From Octopus vulgaris (lineage: Eukaryota): 64,000 bases of DNA. A model generated the notes under the pieces. The model was not told where the DNA came from. It searched no databases and saw only the letters and a program-made list of their open reading frames with translations. The position numbers were made by a program, and so were the translations under genes. The stretch is from positions 160,580,001-160,644,000 of the forward strand of contig OX597815.1 in the NCBI GenBank assembly GCA_951406725.2. Reading direction: 5' to 3'. Position 1 is the first letter of the stretch, and each line of letters opens with the position of its first letter. Below are positions 39,178 to 49,836 of the stretch, one piece after another.

Positions 39178-39299
39178 ATAATCCATATTTTTATTGCTTT
39201 TTCTTTTGTATTGCTTGATTACGTTTTGGTTGTTTTGCTAAAACTTTTATGGTGCTCTTCATATCTGTTTTTATATTGTGTTGAGAACATTTTAAATAC

Positions 39300-39725
39300 T
39301 TGCTGCTAAACCTAGTAAACATACTTTCTCCCTTGCATCTATTTTTGGTTAAGATCAAGTCTGTGAAGTTTTGTTCCCTGACTTTCTCTCACTGTCCCTA
39401 AGGCTCCAATAATAATCAGCAGTAGCATGACTTTGTTGACTTCTCCAACACTTGAGGACTTCATCCTTCAAGTCAACATAGAACTCTTTTTATTTTTCCT
39501 TTCTTCTGACACTGGTGTTAAACAGGCACATGACATTAATTAAAAACATAGTTTCTTCTTCTGGTTGACGGCTGCAATATCCGGTCTCTTGTGTTCAATT
39601 CTTCTCTTGTTTTGTATGGAAAAGACATACGATGGCCACTGTCTAGAGTTTTCAAGGCTTGCATTTCTGTTATCACAAAATGCAAATTGCATTTTTTTTC
39701 ATACATGCAAAACCAAATTTCCTGC
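39300..39725 (-). mobile_element. Dong/R4-type LINE endonuclease fragment
   Basis: Minus IEHKRPDIAAVNQKKKLC...IIIGALGTV (PD motif of the restriction-like endonuclease). Confidence 0.8.
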
Positions 39726-40212
39726 AAAAGTTCCAGTGTATTGTTGCAGTAATCTTATGTCTACAATTCTTTTTTTATGTTTTGTTTTTTGGTATCTATT
39801 CAAAGCCATTATTATTATTAAAGTGGTGAACTGACGGAATCATTCGCATGCTGGCAAAATGCTTAATGGCATTTTATTCAAATTCTACCGAGGTCGACTT
39901 TGCCCTTCTTCCTTTTGGAGTCAATAAATTAAGTACCAGTGAAACACTTGGGTCAACTTGGAAAAGTCTCCTCCTCCAAAATTTCAGACCTTGTGCCTTC
40001 AATAGAAAGGATTGTTATTACTGTTATTGGTGAGCAGGCAGAATTGTTAGCATGCCAGACAAAATTTTTGGCAGCATTTTTTCCAACTCTTAATATTCTG
40101 GGCTTCAATTCCGTTAATGACGATTTTGCCATTTATCCTTTCGGAGTTGATAATTGTCAGTTCCACCTCCCCAAAATATCTGACCTTGCGCATAAAGTAG
40201 AAAGGATTTTCA

Positions 40213-40433
40213 TTATTATTATTATTGTTCTTTCTAACTCAGGTTTCGTTGGAAGTCCTGGGGTCTTGTATGCATAGTGGGCTTGCTGCCTGCAGCCTAC
40301 AGTACCATGCTATCTGTTCTTTTTAACTTCTGAATATTTTCCTGATTACTCTGGCTATGCCAAAGAGGCAGTCCTTTGTAACAGTTCTACTGGGTATTCT
40401 ATTCCGATATTATTATCATCATCATCATCATCA

Positions 40434-40471
<38 letters not shown>

Positions 40472-40670
40472 TGATTAAAACTTTCAGCTTATTTTGGTGG
40501 GGATGAGAAAAAGTGTCAGCTGTCCACAGCCAGCGGACTAAGATGACACTTGTTTACTGTTCGTGCTTCAAGAACCCTGCAAAGAATTCTTGCAGTTCCA
40601 AGCAATGCTAATTTTTGTAGGTGTTCTATCTTTACATTTGTACCAATCTTTTTGAGCCAAGTTGGTAGTT
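40213..40670 (-). mobile_element. Two Dong/R4-type LINE 3' ends with (TAA)n tails
   Basis: Minus PVELLQRTASLA and LQKLALLGTARILCRVL, each followed by 3'UTR and (TAA)n. Confidence 0.75.
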
Positions 40671-40936
40671 TATTATTATTCTTATTCTTATTGAGTGAGA
40701 GTAGGGCATACCATCAAAGTGACGCTGGGGTACAAATATACGAAGCCCAATACACCCATCTGATAAGAGTACACCAAACACATGCATCACAACCATATGT
40801 GCACAACATGGTGATCTTATATCAACATAAACGTCACATGGCCTTGCAGGTGCGGCCCAGTTAGAATTTTCTTCAGGTCAACAACAACATCGAAAAATAC
40901 CTTAGGAATGAGAATCCAGGTTCGAAATTTCCCCAA

Positions 40937-40982
40937 GACACCTGATGAAGGCTGGAGGGTATATCAGCCGAAAAGTTGTGTT
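40937..40982 (+). ncRNA. Minimal type I hammerhead motif
   Basis: GACAC-CUGAUGA-a-GGCUG[10 nt]CAGCC-GAAA-AG-UU/GUGUU; stem III palindrome ACGU probably mutated to AAGU. Confidence 0.75.
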
Positions 40983-43900
40983 AAGAAACAAGATGAGGAC
41001 AAATATCCGTCAATTGTAAATAATGTACATTATTCTTCATCTCTTAAATATGGAACTTGATGCAGGTAGTTTATCTCGCCCCATTTCGGCTTTTAGTTCA
41101 TGCTATTGCAAAAAACCGCATTATTTATGAGATGACCCAATACAAGGCTTCATGAAAGACAGACAGCGTCAAGTTATATTTACAAGAATTGAAAAAATCT
41201 TCTCAGATAACTAATGGTTAAACTGATTTTCTCATTGCTGCAAAATCGTATTGAGTTGATTCTTCATCACCTCTGAGTTGGTATAGAGCTGTGAAAATAG
41301 TCATTAAGAAAATCGCGCTGGTTTGAGTATGAAACCGTGTAAACAGGTTTGAGAGAAATTCACCAAGGAACCGTAATGAACGGGACCCGAATTCCCTTTG
41401 TTTAATCGCACAAAAAATGGCTGTTTATAATGCCGTCGCTCAAAGAACTTTCTCGAAAATATCACGTGAACAATTAGCCTTGATAGGTTGAAAATGGGGT
41501 TTGTACACATGATAACCTCGCGATCTATATGCGATCGGAAACGAAAGTAAGTCAACTGCCATAATGGTACTTTAATAAAATCTCAGTGAAATATGGTTGA
41601 ATATTCTATTCTTAAAAGAAAAATAGTCATGACAAAAATACTGATCAGAATGGCGACTCAGATGTTTAAAATAAACCATCATTAGCTAGCTCAACACGAG
41701 AAACCCATCTTTAGTATACGTAGCTTAAAAGTGTTAAGTTACGTGGAAATTATTTTTAAAAACTGCCGTTCAAACCGAAAAGATCCTTCGGTAGAAAATA
41801 TTTAGTGGTAGGACAGTGTGAGCTACACATCAGTTTTAGGCTGTTCTCTATCACATTCGTGACTTCGAAACCACAATATATTGTTTATTCAGTGTTTAAG
41901 ACGACGCCTAGTTTGGGGATGATTGTTAAACACGGTTCAAACTCCGTCCTGTTCATTGCTGTATACAATAAGAAGTTCAAACAACATATGAATTCAATCG
42001 AATGAAATACTTTTTTTTTGTTTTAAATTAATTGAAATATTGGTTTATCAACCTTTAAACACAGGCCTTTAATGAAATCCCAGAGAAATATGGTTGAATA
42101 CTCTGTTCTTAAAAAGATCATGATGAATATACTGATCAAAATTGTTACGACAAACGAATGACAAGATGGTCGAAAATTAGTAGTTACATATTAATGTGGT
42201 CATTCGGCTTGGAAGTGGAGCAGCTCTTTTGCTTGTTGTTCAGAGTTTAAAATCCACTTCTTCGCATATCGTTTTCGCAATAATTTGCCAATCATTTCCA
42301 TGCTGTTGATAGGAAAACATTCTTCAATGTACCGATGATAGATGGAATACGATACATGCTTTTAATCTGTCGAATTTTTCAATAATGAATTAATTCAGAA
42401 ACAAATCACTTCAGAAAGTTATGTTGTGAACTAATCTTTCATGTGAGATAATTTATTTAATCTAAAACAGAAATATTTTTGTTTTTCTTTTGCTCTCTCA
42501 GTATCCAACCCTGTTGAGATACATATAATTCTATTCCTGTCGCAGAATTCAAAATTCATTAGTTTCTATATGCATATACGTATATCTTTTCTATTCCAGA
42601 TTTATGTTGTTCTAGAACAATTTTCCTCTTAAATCACTTTCTTCCTTTTACCATATATTTTGTTTCTCTTAACTACCCTTTCTATCTTTATCTGTTCTCT
42701 TTTACTTTAATCTATTTTTATCTTCTGCACTCTGTATAGTCAGAATGAATATAAATCTTTAGATCTACTGAAATCCGTTCTTTCATCTTTTATCTTTATT
42801 ACAGTTATACAAATTTTTTTCTTCCGTGTTTATTCGTCGATGAGCTAGTTTATCTTACTCTTAACATTTTTCTATAATGAATCACATTCTTATTTTTTTC
42901 TTCCATTCTCTGTTGTTTTTTCTGTACATATATTTTTGAAATAGATATTTCGAACATAGCAGCGGGGTGGGTATAATCGATTACACTTCCTTACTACTTG
43001 ACTAGTACTTAATATTATCGATTTTGGATCGATGAAAGACAAAGAGAACCATGGCAAAATTTGAACTCAGAAAGTAACTTTTATTCGTATGACATAACGA
43101 TTTCTATCTTGATGTCTTTTTCTTTTAAGAATTCAATATTCAACCATATTTCACTGAAAAGTTATTAAAATAAAGATCTGTGTTAAACGTTTGATAAATC
43201 AGTATTCCCATTAATTAAAATCCCCAACCTTGTACAAATATATGTTCTGCAACACTTAACGAGTATTTTTTTCTTTCGATAATGAGTTTAAAAAGTGTGA
43301 ATATATACTCCAAAATCTATTTTAGATTTAATAAAAAAAAAGAATACGTAATAGCAAGGTGGAGAAAAGATGTATATAATTTCGATTAAAAAACTAGGAA
43401 TTATTGTTAAATCTTCTTCAGAATTTATCATTTGTAAAAATTAAAATGTAATGTGGATCCCCAGTAGGTGGATGGATAGGGAGTTAGGTTAAATCAAGCT
43501 TTTGAGATGTGGAGCTATTAAATAAACACCAAGTTCTATTTTCTTCGACGTGTTAACCAGAAAGCCTTGATTGTTCAACTTGCCGGAAAAACAGCTAAAT
43601 CTCGCTCAAATTACAGCCTACTGTTTATAAAATAGAAAATATAGTTCGGAAAAAAGTAATGGTTTTGGATACGCAAAAAAAAAATGGGATAATAGTGATT
43701 AGAACGCATTTGATCATAAGGACAGCTCAATCAATACTGAACCGAGGCTAAACGAGTGTATCAAAAATTTTAAATAAGGTCGAGTCAAACAACAATTAAC
43801 CCAAATTCTATCAAGTAAAATCGACACCAAATGGTCAGAACCAAACACCGGTGATTTAGTTACTGGTGTTCATTTCAACAACTTCGAATTGGAATACTTT

Positions 43901-45698
43901 AGAAATTGTACTCTAGAGAATTTTACGATTCGAATTCTTCGAAATTCTACGAGTAGAACTAAGTAATCTAATATTATAACAAATAAATTAACTGTTTGTA
44001 TTTAGACTTGTTACGAGACATCGTGAGAGTCCCTACGTTAGCACTCGACCTACCTGAAATAGCAGCAAAATCTCCATCAAATAACTCTCTGATTTTTGTC
44101 ATCTTGACAACAGAAGGATGCAATAAGCAATATAGTCTCAGATATGCAAAAATAGCTCTGACAGCTGGAACGTCTCTGATGGTAGATTTATTCAATCAAA
44201 GATGGTGTCTTAGAGCAAAACACCAACGTGATGTTTTGTAAAATAATCTGCCACTAAAGATCTGTATTACCAGACTAAATAGATTGCGCCACGCTAAGTA
44301 TTCTTCACATCCTTCATTGTATAAACTTATCAGATAGTTAAAAGTGGACAATATACTCATGGAATTTCCCAAGTGAAAAAATCTAGACATTTTGGAATCA
44401 TAAGTGGTAGCCTCCAACGGTTTAAACTCTGCAAAATAATTAAGTAAGAAAGATTGTAATGTTTGCTGGTTTTGAAACTTTAGTTCTGAATCAATTGTCA
44501 AGAACCCTCCATATCACTATAGTTACCATAGCTACCATACTGAGTAATCGATTCTCTCTACAGTACTTCCTTACAAGATATAAAGTCAAAGATGGGATCA
44601 AGTAGTTGCAGAAATTCCGTCTTCAAGATTTTGCTTTCTTCAAGTTGTTTCTATTGATTTTGTTGACGCCGATGATAATGTTGGCTTTAAAGATAACGAT
44701 AAAATGATAATAAGGATGTTGGGGAGGGGTTCCTATAACACAAATGAATGTGGTTTAGGGTGAGAACGAGGCTGCTTCTTTTTCTATTCTATTAGTCATT
44801 GTTTAAGACTGGAGTTTTTTCTTCTCCTCTCAATTATGCGCTGATGAGAATAAGTTCTCAATTTTAACAATATTGACTGATGATTGTTAAATACACTACC
44901 ACACAACTATATCACATATATATATATAATGTTTTACACAGTCGTATATGCATATAGATGTGTGTGTGTATGCACACACCTTCTTGTATGTGTTTTGTAA
45001 ATTATACACTCGCGTATGCGAATGTACGTATCTGTACACACATACACGTTTTTATAGTATGAATTGTGCAAATCATATACTTGTATATGCCTGCGCCCGT
45101 GTGTGTAAGAGCATTGGTGCTTTCACATTTTCAAGCAAATCGATGCTTGCCAAAACAAAAAGATCTCTTTTGAAAAAGTATAATTAAAATGAAACCTGTT
45201 GGTTCTTCCTCGTTTCAGAATTCTTTGTATGAACACGTTTCTCTTTGTTTGAAAATGTAAATAGCTATCCACTTTTCAAATCCTTGGCTAACCTACAACA
45301 CATTTTTTTCATGTGATGTATCCAGGGCTTCAAACAGACACACACATTCACACGTGCACACAAAGTTTACTATGGGGCAAACCAAAAGATTTTAACCGCC
45401 ACTCCATGTGTAAACTAATTAAAATCAATTAAATATATTCTGGGCGGCCTTAAACGGCTGTTATGTTTATGCAGCTTCATCGTGGACAGAAAGAGAGCAA
45501 TCTGAAAGACTACATATTTACGAGTTTCATCATTCTCGTCGGTATCTTTTTAAATTCTTTTCTGCTGACCACTGTGAAACTAATGTATATATGTATAGTT
45601 AATCCAAACATGAAAACACGAAGAGAAAACACAACAACGCGCGGACATGGAACAAATATAGTATTATTAGACGCTCAGGAAGGAAGGGAAGAAGGAAG

Positions 45699-45733
45699 GT
45701 TTAACGTTTCGAGCGGAGCTCTTCGTCGGAAAC
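45699..45733 (-). ncRNA. Minimal hammerhead motif in a Penelope-like pLTR remnant (45595-45805)
   Basis: Minus: GUUU-CCGACGA-a-GAGC ucc GCUC-GAAA-CG-UU/AAAC. Confidence 0.75.
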
Positions 45734-45857
45734 ATAGGAGAAGGAAAGATCCAGAGAAGGGAAGACAGAGGAAAACAAATCGCCAACGGTACACACGCGG
45801 TCACAATTTAAATATATATATAGTTATATATGTATTTACATTCACACATAAACAGTC

Positions 45858-46250
45858 AGGCGTATGAGTATGGTAAGTATTTTGCTTACGAACCACATGG
45901 TTAGGGGTTCAGTCCCACTCCGTAGCACCTTGGGGAAGTGCCTTCTACTATAGCCACGGGCTGACTAAAGCCTTGTGAGTGGATTTGGTAGACGGAAACT
46001 GAAAGAAGCCCGTCGTATATATGTATATATATATGTGTATGTGTATACGTTTGTGTGTCTGTGTTTGTCCCCCCAGCATCGCTTGATAACCGATGCTCGT
46101 GTGTTTACGTCCCCGTAACTTAGCGGTTCGGCAAAAGAGACCGATAGAATAAGTACTAGGCTTACAAAGAATAAGTCCTGGGTCGATTTGCTCGACTAAA
46201 GGTGGTGCTCTAGCATGGCCACAGTCAAATGACTGAAACAAGTAAAAGAG
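45858..46250 (+). mobile_element. SINE family A
   Basis: GGTTCAGTCCC B-box, CACCTTGGGGAAGTG, shared body; CpGs retained. Confidence 0.9.
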
Positions 46251-46746
46251 TCATAGAGGCTGCCAGCAGATATGAACATCTCATCCGAAATGAACGAGAA
46301 GGAGAAATTTTAATGTTTGATTCTTTCATCACCTATCACCTTGAAACGAAACCTGAGCAAATTTCTTCAAGAGATACCAGATAAGCAATCTAAACCTTGA
46401 TACAACTCTCTACTTGAATGGGCCATGATACCACAAAACTTGACTTAAAAATGACTTAGCAAATTCTGTCAAGTGGTGCTGTTAAGTTAGACGTGGCCAG
46501 GGCCAATCTTTGGCCGAAACATATCTAAGTTAGTTATTCTTTTACTTGCTTCCATCATGGGACAGTGGTTCTTGTAACGTCTTGAAACGTTAAGTCGAAC
46601 AATTCAGTCCTAGTACTTATTTCTAAAGTCTGATACATATACTATCGGTCTCATTTTGCCGAACCACTGTGTAACAAGGCAGTAAACAAACCAACACCGG
46701 TTGTCAAGCATAACTGCATATAAACTACATATGTATATTTATCTAG

Positions 46747-46783
<37 letters not shown>

Positions 46784-46921
46784 AGAAAGAAAGAGAGAGA
46801 GAGGAAGAGAGAGAGAGAGAGAGAATGTGTGTTTATATGTGTGCGTGTGCGTGTGTGGGTGTGTGTAAAAGAATGAAAATGAGATGACAAAGAAATAAGC
46901 GATTACCCCATCAACTTCATT

Positions 46922-47002
46922 AGCTTACAACTGTTTCTACTATAAGATGCAGTGGATTCATATTTGAGTGTCTTAGTAACACCATATAGCTTCATCGGAG
47001 CC
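46922..47002 (-). ncRNA. Hammerhead motif, left arm
   Basis: Minus: GGCU-CCGAUGA-a-GCUAUA...UAUAGU-a-GAAA-CAGUUG-UA/AGCU. Confidence 0.7.
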
Positions 47003-47012
47003 TCATATTCGA

Positions 47013-47093
47013 GGCTCTGATGAAGCTATAAGGTGTTATTCAGACACTCAAATATGAATCCACTGCATCTTATAATAGAAACAGTCATAAGCT
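47013..47093 (+). ncRNA. Hammerhead motif, right arm (stem III decayed)
   Basis: GGCU-CUGAUGA-a-GCUAUAAGGUG...CAUCUUAUAAU-a-GAAA-CAGUCA-UA/AGCU. Confidence 0.6.
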
Positions 47094-47359
47094 AATGCAG
47101 TTCATCAAATAATCGTTTATTTTTTTGCCATCTCATTCTCTTATTACTATTCTATACTAGTCTAACACTTCGTTCTAAAGCGTATGTATATTGAGTTCTA
47201 CACCAGGTCATTAGTCTCGCAATGCCTAGGCGACCAATGCTATGTTCTGACAGAATAAGTACCAAACTTTTAAAAATTAGGTACTGGAGTCGATTTGTTC
47301 GACTGAAATCTTTCAAGGCAATGCTCCTACACGGCCGAGGCTCAATAACTGAAACAAGA

Positions 47360-47434
<75 letters not shown>

Positions 47435-47476
47435 ATATGTATATATATATTATGTTATATATGTGTATATTATATG

Positions 47477-47514
<38 letters not shown>

Positions 47515-48913
47515 GCACACGCACGCATGACACGCTTCCACACAGTTTCCGTTTAACAAATTCACTCACATAGCATTGTTCGGCTTGAGACAGAAGACAT
47601 TTTTTTTCTGAGTTGCTGTGCAATAGGACTGAACTCGATATCACGTGATTCCAAAGCAAACATCTTAATCACACAGTTATGCATACGCTTAACGATGCAT
47701 TATAAATTCCTATAGAACTTGCAGTAATTCCACCAGGCACCAAATTTATGTTTCGTAGTCTTCTCTTCTCTCCGTTTGTCTCAACGAAGAGAGTATATTA
47801 GTTTCTACGGTTATAAACAATAATCGATTTGACTGAGGAATTTTAAAATTCGATTTTTTAAGAGCTATTAAAATTCATTTGAGGAATGAAATTTGATATA
47901 ATTATCGACAACAGAAGATATATTAAATGTCTAATACATTATCCATATTATTCATTTCATTACACAGTATTGCACATCTACCATTGTTGCAACATATTCT
48001 TTTGGAGACAATATGACGCGTTATGTTTTCTGTCGTCTTTTATCTAAAATGTATTAGACATGCTATCATATTAAATCTAACATTCGTATTTTAATCGTTT
48101 CGGTGACCACTGGGCCTGTTGTAGCACATTTTAATATCCATGGATTGAGTGAAAAATATGATTTCATTTAATAAAATGATTGAAAGTTAATTACTGGAAA
48201 ATAGGGGCTTTGTAGAAATGAAAAATATTTGAAGGAAAATATGAGAAAAAAAAGTCTTCTAGAGTTTTAGTTTATTTGCAGGACAAAAGAATTTATACAA
48301 TGGTTTTACAGAGTATTTTGAAAATCTGGGATTTTAAATGAATTTTCAAAGTACAATTCTCATCCTTTGCTACATTGTTTGAAATCACGCATCTTAAGCT
48401 TCATTGATTCCAGTATCTTACAGACTAGTCGCCAACATGTTACTTCCATACTTTCAAAACAATGAGGCCTCTGCTGAAAGCTGGAATGTTCATGTTTTCG
48501 AACGTGCTATCCACATTTCTTTCATACTTCTGTTTATTAAGAATTTTAGATGTTAAAAACAGAACTCTTCTTTTAATTAATCTAAAATTCAAATGTATCA
48601 AAATGTGTTCATATCGATATAGTTCACATACGTTATACATATTTTAAATTTTTTCTTCACAGATATATGATATTATTTCTGAATGTATATGCCATACATC
48701 TCGAGCAAAATGGGTTACAGTTGGCTAGGCAGAAAAATTAAGGGATTTTCAAATGAAGAGTTGTTGTTTCGTGTTATATTTCAAGCGTTTCGATTTTTGT
48801 ACAGAATTTACTGCCTTCTGAAAGGAAATAGTCAACAGAGGATGTTAACTATTTCCCGCTGTATGTAGCGGGAGCATCGTAAAATTGACAGTATTTCGAT
48901 AGTTTGAATTCAC

Positions 48914-49419
48914 TGTAGGGAGTCGAACCCCACTGCAAAATATTCAGATAGAGATCACGAGCACGCCACCACAGTTTCATGGGAGTGATCTATAAATCGA
49001 CCAATCAGCATGAAGCTATGGCGTGATATGGCTCCTTGGATGATCTAAAATTCGCTCCCTTTTCACCTTATAAAAATTACTGATAATATAACCGCCGACT
49101 TGGAGAAGTGAACCGTCTTGTATCTTACAGAAGGCGCCCAATTTTGTCAGACCACCCTGGACACCCACAGAAGACAGATTGCTAAGACCAGACCCCCCAT
49201 CGTGCACTCGGACAGAACCACTTCGAGCAAGTAACGACTTCGGACACTCACACAAAATGTACGACAGCTAGCCTTCTACAAGATACAGCACGGTTCTCTT
49301 CTCCCAGTCAGCGGTTATATAATTAGTATCTTTCTTTTGTAAACAACCAATTGTCCAGCAATGAATTAGTTAAAAGTTAATGAGTTGTTTATTTATTACA
49401 CATGCAGCAGCCAGCTACA
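48914..49419 (+). mobile_element. Probable solo LTR (Gypsy-like)
   Basis: TGTAG...CTACA termini, flanks TCAC/CCAC (3 of 4 match), internal TATAAAT; about 506 bp. Confidence 0.55.
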
Positions 49420-49475
49420 CCACACGACATCCAATATATGTACAGATCGTTATAGCACAGAAATATATTATACAT

Positions 49476-49836
49476 AGGAGTGGTAAGTAGCTTGCTTACC
49501 AACCACATGATTCTGGGTTCAGTCCCACTGCGTGGCATCTTGGGCCGACCAAAGCCTTGTGAGTGGATTTGGTAGACGGAAACTGAAAGAAGCCCGTCGT
49601 ATATATGTATATATATATGTGTGTGCATGCATGTTTGTATGTCTGTGTTTGTCCCGCTTGCATTGCTTGACAACCGATGCTGGTGTATTTACGTCGCCGT
49701 CACTTAGTGGTTCGGCAAAAGAGACCAATAGAATAAGTACTGGGCTTACAAAGAATAAGTCCCGGGGTCGATTTGCTCGACTAAAGGCGGTGCTCCAGCA
49801 TGGCCACAGTCAAAGGACTGAAACATGTAAAAGAGT
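49476..49836 (+). mobile_element. SINE family A with small internal deletions
   Basis: GGGTTCAGTCCCACTGCGTGGCATCTTGGGC and shared body. Confidence 0.9.

Larger units (their letters stand above)
38755..39242. repeat. Long palindrome, about 240-bp arms
   Basis: TTTAGCAAAACAACC...GTTACTATTTCAGACG agga CGTTTGAAATAGTAAC...GGTTGTTTTGCTAAA, few mismatches. Confidence 0.95.
46878..47137. repeat. Palindrome, about 125-bp arms, with head-to-head hammerheads
   Basis: ..TATAGCTTCATCGGAGCCTC atattc GAGGCTCTGATGAAGCTATA..; arms paralogous to 30655-30780. Confidence 0.9.

Noticed and set aside
44841-44865. CTGATGA followed by a GAGAA/TTCTC hairpin
   Set aside because: No GAAA or stems I/III; chance match (likewise near 25983, 32939, 35825, 42332)
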